Source: Kiritimatiellia bacterium (GTDB lineage Bacteria > Verrucomicrobiota > Kiritimatiellia > UBA8416 > JBFIFS01). From it: DNA of 64,000 bases. Under the pieces are notes generated by a model, which worked only from the letters and a program-made list of their open reading frames with translations, ran no database searches and was not told the DNA's origin. Below are positions 9,697 to 20,032 of the stretch, one piece after another. The stretch covers positions 2,644-66,643 of the forward strand of contig JBFIFS010000002.1 of assembly GCA_041602695.1 (NCBI GenBank). Reading direction: 5' to 3'. Within the stretch, counting starts at the first letter, position 1. The number at the start of each line of letters is the position of its first letter. Position numbers and translations under genes: made by a program.

Positions 9697-11874
9697 ATGA
9701 AGAAACCCCCAGTTATCACCTCAATAGTCCTTTGTCTCCTGGTCGCATTTGCCTGGGCAATAGACCTGGCTCCCAGTGATGAACAGGAATACGTGACACG
9801 TTACATGGCGCGCTTTTTCCCACGCCAGCACCTCAGTCAGCTCACTCTCGACGATGACCTCTCAGAGCGCATTTGGAACAATTACTTAAACGCCCTGGAC
9901 TATGAGCGGATATTTTTCCTCCAGTCAGACATTGCAGGCTTCCGGGAAGAAATGCTGAACCTTGACGACGCGATGAAGGAAGGCGACCTGTCCTTCGCAT
10001 TTAAAATATACGACGTGTTTCGGCAGCGCCTTACGAACCGCTGCGAATACGTGAAAACACTGGTAGAGCGCGACTGGGACTTCGAGAAGAAAGAGGAGTA
10101 CTTGTGGAAGCGAAAGAACTCTCCATGGGCCGGCGACGAAGCGGAGTGGAATGAGATCTGGCGAAAAAGAATAAAAAACGAATTTCTGCGACAGAAGGTC
10201 TCTGAAATAATAAAAGAGGAAGAGGAAGAAAAGAAGAAAGAGAGCCCGGTCGTCGAGCCGGAGCCCTCCTCCACCAACGCCACTGAGGAGGCCTCCATTG
10301 CCGATCCGCCCCCCACACCAAAGGAGTCCATCCTCAAGCGGTATGACCGGCTCCGCACGATTATCGAGGACAACGACTCCGACACCGTTGTCCAGCGCTT
10401 CCTGACTGCATTCGCCAATGCTTACGATCCGCATTCGAGCTATCTCTCACCCACGTCACTTGATGATTTCGACATCGAAATGAAGCTCTCGCTCGTTGGC
10501 ATAGGAGCCGTACTTCAGGCTGAAGACGGCGCTGCCAAGGTCGTGCGCCTCATTGCTGGAGGACCGGCAAGCAGGGACAAGCGGGAAGTTCGCCTGCGTG
10601 AGGGCGACAAGATCATTGGCGTTGGACAAGGCAATAAGCCCATTGTCGACATGCTTCACTGGCCCCTGTCCAAAATCGTCCAGAACATCAGGGGGAAGAA
10701 GGGCACAAAGGTTGTCATGCGGGTCATTCCTGCTTCCGATCCCTCAGGGTCCACCACCAAAATCGTCGATTTGATACGCGATGAAGTCAAACTGGAAGAG
10801 CAGGCTGTCAAGTGGACCCTTCATACAGTCAAAGACAGCGATGGCAACGATCGAAGGCTGGCTCTTATTGATGTGCCTGCTTTCTACGCCAATCTGAAAG
10901 CAAAAAAGGGCGCTTCCGACTACAGAAGTTCCGCTGACGATGTGGCAAAAGCCCTGAAGGAAATAGCCACTAACAACGTCGACGGCGTAGCCCTTGATTT
11001 ACGAAACAATGGCGGCGGATCCCTTGTCGATTCCGTTCGCATGACAGGACTTTTCATCCATTCAGGCCCGGCGGTACAGATCAAGGAGTCATCCAACCAG
11101 GGACGTATTCTTACCGATGACGACCCTGACATCGCATACGCCGGACCGCTGCTGATTATGGTCAATCGACTCAGCGCATCTGCATCCGAGATTCTTGCAG
11201 CGGCCCTTAAGGACTACGGCCGCGCGGTTGTTGTTGGCGACACCAGGACCCATGGTAAAGGAACCGTCCAGACCGTGGTAAACGTGGGAAGAAACCCCAA
11301 GTTCGGTGCCATAAAGCTTACCACAGCCGTCTTCTACCGGATTACGGGAGATTCGACGCAGCTCAGGGGAGTTATTCCCGATATCTATATCCCCTCGCCT
11401 TACGACTATATGGAACTCGGGGAGGACTCCTTAAAGTATCCTGTGGAGTGGAACAGGATAGCTCCCTGCCGTTACCAGCCGTACGATGATCCATCAGATA
11501 TGATCGATGAGCTCAGGGAACGGTCCATCAGCCGCCGCGAGAACTCTGAGGAGTTCACAGTGTACGAGAAGCTCCTATCCCAGATCCGCTCGGTTTATGA
11601 GTCCGAGGCGCTGCCGCTCGACCTGCCGTCCAGGCTCAAGCAGTCCAGAAGCGAGAGAGAAATACTCGACCTCCAGAGAAAGCTCGCAGAAAAGGCAACC
11701 GACGACGAAGACAGCGAGGAAAAGAGCAAGGACCTGATGATGCAAGAAAGCTTGCAGATACTTGCCGATATGGTTTCATTGGAAGTCGCAACGGGACCGG
11801 CACAGGCGCCTCCTGAACCTGAGGATGAGGGTGTGTTCAATGCGATTAAGGAATGGCTGAAGAATGAAGATTAA
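9697..11874 (+). CDS. ctp: carboxy-terminal processing protease (S41 family, Prc/Tsp-like) with PDZ domain
   Basis: Signal peptide MKKPPVITSIVLCLLVAFAWA, a PDZ domain, and the S41 catalytic region (GPLLIMVNRLSASASEI). The track ORF starts at 9613. It contains an acidic/Pro-rich low-complexity insert. Confidence 0.8.
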   Translation: MKKPPVITSIVLCLLVAFAWAIDLAPSDEQEYVTRYMARFFPRQHLSQLTLDDDLSERIWNNYLNALDYERIFFLQSDIAGFREEMLNLDDAMKEGDLSFAFKIYDVFRQRLTNRCEYVKTLVERDWDFEKKEEYLWKRKNSPWAGDEAEWNEIWRKRIKNEFLRQKVSEIIKEEEEEKKKESPVVEPEPSSTNATEEASIADPPPTPKESILKRYDRLRTIIEDNDSDTVVQRFLTAFANAYDPHSSYLSPTSLDDFDIEMKLSLVGIGAVLQAEDGAAKVVRLIAGGPASRDKREVRLREGDKIIGVGQGNKPIVDMLHWPLSKIVQNIRGKKGTKVVMRVIPASDPSGSTTKIVDLIRDEVKLEEQAVKWTLHTVKDSDGNDRRLALIDVPAFYANLKAKKGASDYRSSADDVAKALKEIATNNVDGVALDLRNNGGGSLVDSVRMTGLFIHSGPAVQIKESSNQGRILTDDDPDIAYAGPLLIMVNRLSASASEILAAALKDYGRAVVVGDTRTHGKGTVQTVVNVGRNPKFGAIKLTTAVFYRITGDSTQLRGVIPDIYIPSPYDYMELGEDSLKYPVEWNRIAPCRYQPYDDPSDMIDELRERSISRRENSEEFTVYEKLLSQIRSVYESEALPLDLPSRLKQSRSEREILDLQRKLAEKATDDEDSEEKSKDLMMQESLQILADMVSLEVATGPAQAPPEPEDEGVFNAIKEWLKNED

Positions 11875-12676
11875 TTTCTGGAAAATGCATGGTGCGTCAA
11901 ATGACTTCATCATGATTGACGACCGCGAGGGATCTTTTCCGGTACAGGACGCGGCGTGGCTGACCGAGATTGGATCCCGCAGGACAGGTGTCGGATGCGA
12001 GGGGATAATTCTTATCCAGAACTCAGAATCGGCCAGCTTTCGAATGCGCTTTTTTAACCCCGACGGGAACGAGGTGGAAATGTGCGGAAATGGCGCGCGC
12101 TGCGTCGCGCGTCTCGCCGCTGATATCGGCGCGGCACCATCAGACATGACCATCGACACCGTAGCTGGCCAACTCAGGGCCAGTGTATCGGGGGCCTCCG
12201 TAACCCTCGGCATGACCGCCCCTAAGGACTGGGCCATTGACGAGGAACTTGAGATCGACGGGCATACAGTTTCCATATCCTCGGTGAACACGGGCGTGCC
12301 CCATGCCGTCATGCAGGTGCAGGACTTGGCAAATATCGACATAACGGCGCTGGGCTCCTCGATTCGCTATCATGAAAGATTTGCGCCCGCCGGGACCAAC
12401 GCCAACTTCATGCAAGTTACTGCGGAGGGGGTTGTCCACATTCGTACTTACGAGCGGGGGGTTGAGGGCGAAACACTGGCATGCGGGACAGGCATGACTG
12501 CCGCCGCCCTGATAGCCGCTAAGAACGGCCTCTCAACGGCTCCCGTTACAGTTATTCCGGCAAGCGGTGATACGATCATCGTAAACTTCACTCTTTCAGA
12601 TGACGGCGCCTCTGATGTCACCATGAAGGGCCCAGCGGAATACGTGTTCACTGGCGAGCTCGAATACAGCGCCTGA
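11864..12676 (+). CDS. dapF: diaminopimelate epimerase
   Basis: KMHGASNDF motif and two catalytic Cys regions. Confidence 0.85.
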   Translation: MKINFWKMHGASNDFIMIDDREGSFPVQDAAWLTEIGSRRTGVGCEGIILIQNSESASFRMRFFNPDGNEVEMCGNGARCVARLAADIGAAPSDMTIDTVAGQLRASVSGASVTLGMTAPKDWAIDEELEIDGHTVSISSVNTGVPHAVMQVQDLANIDITALGSSIRYHERFAPAGTNANFMQVTAEGVVHIRTYERGVEGETLACGTGMTAAALIAAKNGLSTAPVTVIPASGDTIIVNFTLSDDGASDVTMKGPAEYVFTGELEYSA

Positions 12677-12677
12677 C

Positions 12678-13454
12678 ATGCGAATCGCCACGTTCAATGC
12701 GAACTCGATACGTGCGCGCCTGCCGATAGTCCTCGACTGGCTTCGCAAGCACCAGCCTGACATTCTGTGCATCCAGGAAACAAAGGTCCAGGACGAGGAC
12801 TTCCCCACCCTCGCCTTTCAGGGGATAGGATATGCTGCCGCCTTTCGCGGCCAGAAATCCTATAATGGCGTCGCCATTCTCTCCAGAAGCAAACCGAGCA
12901 GTGTGGGAAGTGGTTTCGACGAGGACCCAAAAGACGACACGAGACTGATCTATGCCAGCTTCGGCAAACTCCATATTGTAAATACATACGTCCCACAGGG
13001 GCGAGAGCTCGATCACGAAATGTTCGAATACAAGCTCAAATGGCTGGCGCGACTGAAGAAGCTCTTTGCAAAGAACTATTCTCCTGAGGACCTGGTTCTG
13101 TGGTGCGGCGACCTGAACGTCGCAAGGGACTACATTGACATACACAATGCCGAGCTCCAGGAAAATCACGTCTGCTTTCATAAAAGCGCCCGCACGGCGT
13201 TCGAGAAGACCGTAAGCTGGGGGTTCGTCGACGTATTTCGCGAGCGGCATCCAGAGAAAGACCATTACACTTTCTTTGACTATCGTACAGTCAATGCCGT
13301 TAAAAGAAAGATGGGCTGGAGGATCGACATGATAATGTGCACCAGGCCCCTCGCAGCCATGTGCACTGACTCATTCATTGACCTTGAGCCGCGACTGATG
13401 GAAAAACCCTCCGACCACACTTTTTTGGTCGCGGATTTCGATTTAAAGCAATGA
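12678..13454 (+). CDS. xthA: exodeoxyribonuclease III
   Basis: The EEP-family AP endonuclease N-terminus MRIATFNANSIRARLP...ILCIQETK. Confidence 0.85.
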   Translation: MRIATFNANSIRARLPIVLDWLRKHQPDILCIQETKVQDEDFPTLAFQGIGYAAAFRGQKSYNGVAILSRSKPSSVGSGFDEDPKDDTRLIYASFGKLHIVNTYVPQGRELDHEMFEYKLKWLARLKKLFAKNYSPEDLVLWCGDLNVARDYIDIHNAELQENHVCFHKSARTAFEKTVSWGFVDVFRERHPEKDHYTFFDYRTVNAVKRKMGWRIDMIMCTRPLAAMCTDSFIDLEPRLMEKPSDHTFLVADFDLKQ

Positions 13455-15028
13455 CCAAGACGCCGCTAGCCCGACGGGTTCCGGAGCTGTATCCCGACTT
13501 CCTTCGTGACGAATCACGAAAGACAGGACACGCCGACGCGATCGCGTTCCCCGCACGCGAGGAGGAAGTCCTCGACCTTATCAAGTCTACCTCTGGCCCG
13601 ATAACCATCCAGGGCGCCAGGACCGGCATAACAGGGGGCGCCGTGCCCAATGGCGGACTGATAATCAACATGTCAAGAATGTCGCGGATCACAGGGCTCC
13701 GGGAGAGCTCTGATCCCGAAAAGCCATACACCTTGTTCCTGCAGCCGGGCGTACCCCTGAGGAACCTGCGCTCCGCTGTATCCGATGCCGACTTTGAGAC
13801 GTTGGGGTGGTCTAAATCCTCCATTGCAGCACTGACCGCATTTCGCGAGGATGGCCGATGCTTCTTTTTTCCGCCTGACCCAACCGAAGATACGGCCTCG
13901 CTGGGAGGAATGCTCTCCTGCAACGCGTCCGGAGCCCGATCCTACAAATACGGTCCGACCCGGAATTACGTGGTTTCATTGCGCCTGGTAACCGCCGAAG
14001 GCTCGCTCATCTCCCTCAGACGGAATTCTAATCGCGCCACAGGAACGCATTTCCACATAAGCGCAAACGACACCGAATACTGCGGCGAAATACCTTCCTA
14101 CAGCATGCCGCGGGTAAAGAACGCCTCGGGCTACTTCGCCCAGCATGATATGGACATGCTTGACCTCTTTATAGGTGCCGAGGGCACTCTCGGCGTGATC
14201 ACAGAGATTGAAATTGCCCTCGCCGCTGCCCCGGCCATCAATTGGGCCGTAATGGCGTTCTTCCCCGATACAGCCTCAGCTGAGCATTACGTCAGGGCCT
14301 GCAGGAACCTGGAGAGCAACAGCCTGGCATCCATAGAGTTTTTTGATGACAAGTCCATTGACCTGCTGCGAAAGCAGAAGAAAAACAACCCAGCCTTCGC
14401 ATACCTGCCGGACATGAAGGCAGATTGGTTTAATTGCGTGTTCGTCGAGCTGGACGGCTTCAAGGAAGAGCGCGTAGAGACGGCGGCGATGCAGCTCGCC
14501 GACCTTATTAATGCCTGCGGCGGGTCCGAGTCCGCGACATGGATGGCGACTGAGCCAGCAGAAATGGAGCGGATGAAGAAGTTCCGCCACGCGCTCCCCG
14601 AGTCCGTCAACCTCACCATAGACGCCGCACGGAAGCGGGACCCTTCACTGACAAAACTCGGAACCGACTTTGCTGTTCCCAATGAGCATATGCATGCCAT
14701 GCTCAGCACATACAAGCTGGATCTCGACTCCGCAGGACTGGACTACGTTATCTTTGGTCATATCGGTAATGACCATTTGCACGTCAACATCCTGCCGACA
14801 TCTATCGAAGATTACGAACGGGGCAAAAGCCTCTATCTGAAGTGGGCAGGCCTGGCTACCAGGGTTGGAGGAACCGTCTCTGCTGAGCATGGGATCGGAA
14901 AGCTGAAGACGGCCCTGCTGGAAAAGATGTATGGCATCAAAGGCATAGAGCAGATGCGCAGGCTGAAGGCCGTATTTGACCCTGAATCGCGACTTAATCG
15001 CGGCAACTTGTTTGAGGTACCCCTATGA
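13451..15028 (+). CDS. FAD-binding oxidoreductase (FAD-linked oxidase, GlcD/D-lactate dehydrogenase family)
   Basis: N-terminal FAD_binding_4-like region and a C-terminal FAD-oxidase domain. It is translationally coupled (ATGA) to the downstream cupin gene. Confidence 0.6.
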   Translation: MTKTPLARRVPELYPDFLRDESRKTGHADAIAFPAREEEVLDLIKSTSGPITIQGARTGITGGAVPNGGLIINMSRMSRITGLRESSDPEKPYTLFLQPGVPLRNLRSAVSDADFETLGWSKSSIAALTAFREDGRCFFFPPDPTEDTASLGGMLSCNASGARSYKYGPTRNYVVSLRLVTAEGSLISLRRNSNRATGTHFHISANDTEYCGEIPSYSMPRVKNASGYFAQHDMDMLDLFIGAEGTLGVITEIEIALAAAPAINWAVMAFFPDTASAEHYVRACRNLESNSLASIEFFDDKSIDLLRKQKKNNPAFAYLPDMKADWFNCVFVELDGFKEERVETAAMQLADLINACGGSESATWMATEPAEMERMKKFRHALPESVNLTIDAARKRDPSLTKLGTDFAVPNEHMHAMLSTYKLDLDSAGLDYVIFGHIGNDHLHVNILPTSIEDYERGKSLYLKWAGLATRVGGTVSAEHGIGKLKTALLEKMYGIKGIEQMRRLKAVFDPESRLNRGNLFEVPL

Positions 15029-15516
15029 GAGAACCAAGTCCATGGATCGAGAAGCTTAACCTGATGCCCCACCCTGAAGGCGGCTTCTACAGGGAGATCT
15101 ACCGCTCTAAAAAGAACATTACGCCGGGATCCCCCATAGACGGCGAGCGAAGCCTCTCAACTTGCATCTATTACCTCTTGCCTTCCGGCGCCTTTTCAGC
15201 CTTCCACCGGCTGCGATCAGATGAACTCTGGAGTCACCTCGACGGAGGAACCATCACGCTGCACGTGGTCTCACCAGACGGGTCCTACACAAGGCACGAG
15301 CTGGGCAGCGATTCACGCAGCGACGCGAGACCCGTAGTTGTCGTCCCGGCAGAACACTGGTTTGCCTCCGAGCCTGCCCCGCATATGGACTCCCTTGCCG
15401 CCTGCTTTGTGGCGCCTGGGTTCGACTTCAAAGACTTTGAGATCGCTGCGGCTGAACAACTCGCCTCGCTTTGTCCCGGCCAGTCAAAAGTAATCGAAAG
15501 ACTCTGCATTCGTTAG
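15025..15516 (+). CDS. cupin superfamily protein (DUF985-like)
   Basis: The LMPHPEGGFYREIYRS motif is characteristic of the DUF985 cupin family. Confidence 0.55.
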   Translation: MREPSPWIEKLNLMPHPEGGFYREIYRSKKNITPGSPIDGERSLSTCIYYLLPSGAFSAFHRLRSDELWSHLDGGTITLHVVSPDGSYTRHELGSDSRSDARPVVVVPAEHWFASEPAPHMDSLAACFVAPGFDFKDFEIAAAEQLASLCPGQSKVIERLCIR

Positions 15517-15582
15517 AGGCGCTTATCTTGACTTGAGAGGCCCCATCGAGCAATATCACTCCTGTACGATAGAGCGATCATA

Positions 15583-18486
15583 ATGAAACCAGCGACAACA
15601 CCAGACATCCTAGTTTCCCTGCCCCCAGGCATGAGCCGGGGATTTGCAAGCGTCTACCCGGAACGTGCCGACAGCCTGTTCGTCACCTCGGACCCTGAGG
15701 GCTCACAGCTCGGCTCCGGCGGCGGCACTGTACACCTGCTGCTGGAGGCCTATCGTAAAACAGGCAGTGGTAAGAGCTTTCTCGACTGGCTGTCTGCAGG
15801 ACAGAAATGCCTCATCCACGGTAGCGGTGAGAGCCGGCGCCTTCAGTCCTATTCCTCGCAGGGCAAGCCGATGATCCCCTTGCCGGATATGCCCTCCCGC
15901 AAGGCCATACCCGCGCAGCCGGCGCTTATTGACCTCCAGATAGAAAGCTACTCTCGAATCGCCCGGATCGCTCCGGAGAGCTATCGCGTAATGGTCACGT
16001 GCGGGGACGTCCACCTCTCCTTTTCCGAGCTTATCCCGGCTTTTCCTGAAGCTGATATTCTTTTTGTAGGCATGCTGGCTCCTCCGGAAGAGGCCCAGCA
16101 CCATGGCGTTATGATCTGCGATGCTTCGAACCCCTCTCATCTGCTCAGATTCCTTCAGAAGCCGGAACCGGAGACTCTGTGCTCCCTCGACAGCACCGAA
16201 ACGTTTCTCCTGGACACTGGTGTCTGGCTGTTCAGCGAGAAGGCCGTCCTCGCCCTGATGGGCAAGTGCGGTATCGACCCCGAATCTGTTCGCGCCAGTG
16301 ATCTGATTCTGCCAAAGAACTATGATATGTTCTCGACCTTTGGCCCCGCCCTCGGTGATGAACCCGTTCAGAACGATCCTGATATTTCCCCGCTTCGCGG
16401 CGCCGTGCTGGCCCTGCCTGACTCCAAGTTCTACCACTTTGGCTCTTCAAGCAGCATCATCGCCTCTACGGCTGCACTTCTGGCTCCGGCTGAAGACAAG
16501 CGCTCTTTCGCAAATGCCTCGCTCAATACCGATGGTGCTCCAATCCTGGTAGGATCCACCGTCGCCGCCCCGCTATCAAATGACAACCGGCATATCTGGA
16601 TTGAAAACTCGTTCATCGGATCCGACTGGAGCCTGTGCCACAGCCATATAATAACAGGTATACCCGAGAACAGCTGGGCGCTAAGCGTTCCCGCCTCAAC
16701 CTGCCTGAGCCTGCTCCCGCTGCAGGATGGTTCGGCGCTGAAATTCTACGGTTTCGAAGATGCAATGCGGGGCACACTGGCGGGCGGCGTGCAATTTATG
16801 GGAGCCCCCCTCTCAGATTGGCTTTCGGCACGAAATCTTTCTTCCAGCGACTTGAGCTTTGCGCTTGAAACCGATATTTATGACCTGCCGCTTTTTCCTG
16901 TCCTTCACGACTTAGTTGACGCTGGTCCGATGGTCCAATGGCTGATCGCCAAGGCTCCAGAGACTGCCCCGCATCTGGCTGAAGCCTTCATCAACAGCAC
17001 AAGGGTATCAGCCCGTGATACGCTTTCCATAACCAATCTGGAAGCACTTCAGCAAAGCCGAATCGGGCCCGTCCAATCGATGTTGGAACATTCGGCCTGC
17101 GATCCAGCGGCCTGGAGCGCGCACTGCCGCGCCCACGATCTATCTTCACTTGCCAAGCTCGTATCCTGCAACTCGCTAGCTCTCCCCCCTGCCGGCATAG
17201 AATGGAAGCCGGGAGAGGCACCCTCTCTTGCACTGGGAGCTATTCATGAAAAGATGCTACAAGACGAGTGTGGTTTCGCCGGCCAATCAGAGGCCGCGTT
17301 TTCGCTTCTTCGCGACCTGATCGTGCACGAGATGGAGATTTCACCGATCGCACCCAAACGAAATGTGATGGAGGACCAGTTGGTCTGGGGCCGGTCACCG
17401 CTTCGCCTCGATCTGGCCGGAGGCTGGTCTGACACTCCGCCATACTGCCTTGAGCATGGTGGTCGCGTTGTCAACCTCTCCGTTGATCTCAATGGACAGC
17501 CCCCCATCCAGGTCTTTGCGCGTATCAACAACCGCAAGGACATTCTCCTTAGAAGCATCGACCTCGGTGTCAGTGAGACAATCCCGTCATACGAGGCACT
17601 CCTTGAACCCGCCGCACTGGGAAGCGAGTTTGGAATCGCGAGAGCCGCTCTTGCTCTATGTGGATTTGACCCCAGGTTCCATACGAACCACAGCTACCGG
17701 ACGCTCCAGAAGCAGCTCGATGCTGAATTTGGTGGCGGCATTGAGCTGAGTATGGTCTGTGCCGTTCCTAAAGGCTCAGGCCTCGGCACCAGCAGTATCC
17801 TGGCCGCCACTGTCATAGGAACCCTAAATGAGCTTTGCGGCCTGGGGCTTAATACCAAAGCTATCTCTCAACGAACACTGGCCTTGGAGCAGCTTCTTAC
17901 CTCCGGCGGCGGCTGGCAGGACCAGATTGGCGGCATCACTCCCGGAGTCAAAATCCTGAAGACAGGCCCAAGCATAGCACAGGACGCTGAAATCAGCTGG
18001 CTTCCCGGAAATTTATTCGAGAGCGAATACGCCAACAGGACGGTCCTCCTGTACTACACTGGAATCACCAGGGTCGCACACGATATACTTGGCGAGATTG
18101 TAAGAAACATGTTCCTTAATTCAGCACCCCATCTTTCAATCATTGATGATATTGCGGCTAACGCGCTTTACGCCGCGGAAGCCTGCCAGAAGAACAATCT
18201 CGAACAATTGCACGATGCGGTAAGGCGCAGCTGGAGGCTGAACCAGCTGCTTGATGCCGGTACGAACCCGCCGGCAGTACAGGCGATTCTCGACAGAGTC
18301 GGCGACGCGATTGCAGCATGCAAGCTTCTTGGAGCAGGCGGCGGAGGGTATATGCTGATCTTCGCCAAGGACGAGAGCGCCGCACATCACATACGCGACA
18401 CCCTCAACGCCGCGCCGCCAAACAAAACATCACGGTTTGTTGACCTGGCCCTGTCCTCAACAGGACTTCAGGTGACAAAAAGCTAG
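15583..18486 (+). CDS. fkp: putative bifunctional L-fucokinase / fucose-1-phosphate guanylyltransferase (Fkp-like)
   Basis: 967 aa. The C-terminal GHMP kinase domain has motif I (PLRLDLAGGWSDTPPY), motif II (PKGSGLGTSSILAATV) and motif III (GAGGGGYMLIF). The long N-terminal pyrophosphorylase-like domain gives the same architecture as Bacteroides Fkp. Confidence 0.6.
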   Translation: MKPATTPDILVSLPPGMSRGFASVYPERADSLFVTSDPEGSQLGSGGGTVHLLLEAYRKTGSGKSFLDWLSAGQKCLIHGSGESRRLQSYSSQGKPMIPLPDMPSRKAIPAQPALIDLQIESYSRIARIAPESYRVMVTCGDVHLSFSELIPAFPEADILFVGMLAPPEEAQHHGVMICDASNPSHLLRFLQKPEPETLCSLDSTETFLLDTGVWLFSEKAVLALMGKCGIDPESVRASDLILPKNYDMFSTFGPALGDEPVQNDPDISPLRGAVLALPDSKFYHFGSSSSIIASTAALLAPAEDKRSFANASLNTDGAPILVGSTVAAPLSNDNRHIWIENSFIGSDWSLCHSHIITGIPENSWALSVPASTCLSLLPLQDGSALKFYGFEDAMRGTLAGGVQFMGAPLSDWLSARNLSSSDLSFALETDIYDLPLFPVLHDLVDAGPMVQWLIAKAPETAPHLAEAFINSTRVSARDTLSITNLEALQQSRIGPVQSMLEHSACDPAAWSAHCRAHDLSSLAKLVSCNSLALPPAGIEWKPGEAPSLALGAIHEKMLQDECGFAGQSEAAFSLLRDLIVHEMEISPIAPKRNVMEDQLVWGRSPLRLDLAGGWSDTPPYCLEHGGRVVNLSVDLNGQPPIQVFARINNRKDILLRSIDLGVSETIPSYEALLEPAALGSEFGIARAALALCGFDPRFHTNHSYRTLQKQLDAEFGGGIELSMVCAVPKGSGLGTSSILAATVIGTLNELCGLGLNTKAISQRTLALEQLLTSGGGWQDQIGGITPGVKILKTGPSIAQDAEISWLPGNLFESEYANRTVLLYYTGITRVAHDILGEIVRNMFLNSAPHLSIIDDIAANALYAAEACQKNNLEQLHDAVRRSWRLNQLLDAGTNPPAVQAILDRVGDAIAACKLLGAGGGGYMLIFAKDESAAHHIRDTLNAAPPNKTSRFVDLALSSTGLQVTKS

Positions 18487-18740
18487 AACAGCGATCCTTC
18501 TTCCTCTTCGCCTTCATCGAAGTCCTCGGTTTCAACTCCCCCGTCTTTCTTAACCAGGACTTCGACCTTCTTCTGGACTTCGTTCAGCTTCTTTCTGCAC
18601 TCTTTCAGCAGGCCCTGTCCCTCCTCGAACCTGGCGATCATATCGTCGAGCGGTAAATTGCCCTGCTCCATCTCCTCAACAATCTTCTCCAGCCTTTCCA
18701 GCGACTTCTCGAAACTCTTGGTTTCCTTCTTAGCCGGCAT
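18483..18740 (-). CDS. xseB: exodeoxyribonuclease VII small subunit
   Basis: 85 aa with the XseB signature FEKSLERLEKIVEEMEQGNLPLDDMIARFEEG. Confidence 0.85.
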   Translation of the reverse strand: MPAKKETKSFEKSLERLEKIVEEMEQGNLPLDDMIARFEEGQGLLKECRKKLNEVQKKVEVLVKKDGGVETEDFDEGEEEEGSLF

Positions 18741-18760
18741 CAGCGCCTCCCCTTGCGTAG

Positions 18761-20032
18761 TTACGTTGTAGACACATCATCAACAGTCGAGCGGACTTCA
18801 CCGTCCGCAAGCACGGTGGTAATTCTTTGTCCCTTGGCGAGCCCCTCAACCGAAGTAAGGCATTTCCCGTTAGCCCCCTGCGTAAGGCTATAGCCCCGCT
18901 TAAGGACACCCTTGGGGTTCATTGCCCGCAGGGCGCTCTCTGCCCGGCCAAGGACTGCCGCGGCCCTCTCGCATCTGAGCTGTGCCCCGGCAGTGAGACG
19001 CTGCGAGGCCTCATCAAGCACCTGAGTGATCTCGCGGGTGGAAGACACCAGCTCATGCCGCAGCGTAACGCTTAGACTCTTCAGGCGCTCCCTGTACTGC
19101 CTCACGAGGTTCTGCGGTTCCCGGAAAACATAGCTGCCGGCCATAGTATTGAACCTGCCCTCATACAGCGTGATCGCCTCCCTGAGAATGCGCACCATGG
19201 AAACAGACCTCTCATTTAGCGCGCCCAGAAACTCTTCTTTTCTACCGACCACCAACTCAGCAGCCGCAGAAGGAGTAGGCGCACGAAGATCGGCCACGAA
19301 ATCCGAAATCGTAAAATCAATTTCGTGCCCCACAGCGGATATAACTGGAACTCGAGAGCGCCAGATCGCACGCGCGACCGCCTCCTCATTGAACGCCCAT
19401 AGATCCTCAATACTTCCCCCACCGCGCCCAACGATCATAACATCCAGACCGCCACGCGCATTCAAGAGGTCTATCCCTTCAGCGATCTCGTCTGCCGCTC
19501 CATCACCCTGCACCCTGACAGGCGCTATGGTCACATGGATATTCGGAAACCGCCTGTCTATAACATTCAGGATATCCCTTATCGCAGCACCCGTGCGCGA
19601 GGTGACGACGCCTACATGGCGAGGAAGCAAAGGGAGCTGCTTCTTCGCAGAGGCCTCAAAAAGGCCCTCTTTTCTGAGCTTCTCCTTAAGCTCCTCGAAC
19701 TTCTTCTGGAGGTCTCCTTTGCCCACCTCCTCGACTGTCCTGACCAGAATCTGATAGTTCCCGCCCCGCTCGTAGACCGTGGCCCTTCCGTAGACGCGCA
19801 CCATGTCGCCATCCTTGATTACCTGACCGGGCTTCTGGCTGCCGCGAAAGAGGACCGCCGATATCTGCGAAGAGGCATCCTTAAGCGTGAAATAGCAGTG
19901 GCCTGAGCTTGGACGTCGAAGGTTTGAGACCTCTCCCTCGATCCAGACGCTCCCTATCTCGCCCTCCAGCAGGGCCTTGATGCGCCGGGTGACCGCGCTG
20001 ACAGACAGAACTTTGCGCTGTGTGTCACTCAT
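18761..20032 (-). CDS. xseA: exodeoxyribonuclease VII large subunit
   Basis: N-terminal OB fold (SVWIEGEVSNL) plus the catalytic region. Confidence 0.85.
   Translation of the reverse strand: MSDTQRKVLSVSAVTRRIKALLEGEIGSVWIEGEVSNLRRPSSGHCYFTLKDASSQISAVLFRGSQKPGQVIKDGDMVRVYGRATVYERGGNYQILVRTVEEVGKGDLQKKFEELKEKLRKEGLFEASAKKQLPLLPRHVGVVTSRTGAAIRDILNVIDRRFPNIHVTIAPVRVQGDGAADEIAEGIDLLNARGGLDVMIVGRGGGSIEDLWAFNEEAVARAIWRSRVPVISAVGHEIDFTISDFVADLRAPTPSAAAELVVGRKEEFLGALNERSVSMVRILREAITLYEGRFNTMAGSYVFREPQNLVRQYRERLKSLSVTLRHELVSSTREITQVLDEASQRLTAGAQLRCERAAAVLGRAESALRAMNPKGVLKRGYSLTQGANGKCLTSVEGLAKGQRITTVLADGEVRSTVDDVSTT

Noticed and set aside
15703-16437. The 244-aa minus-strand ORF.
   Set aside because: It lies inside fkp on the opposite strand and has no motifs.
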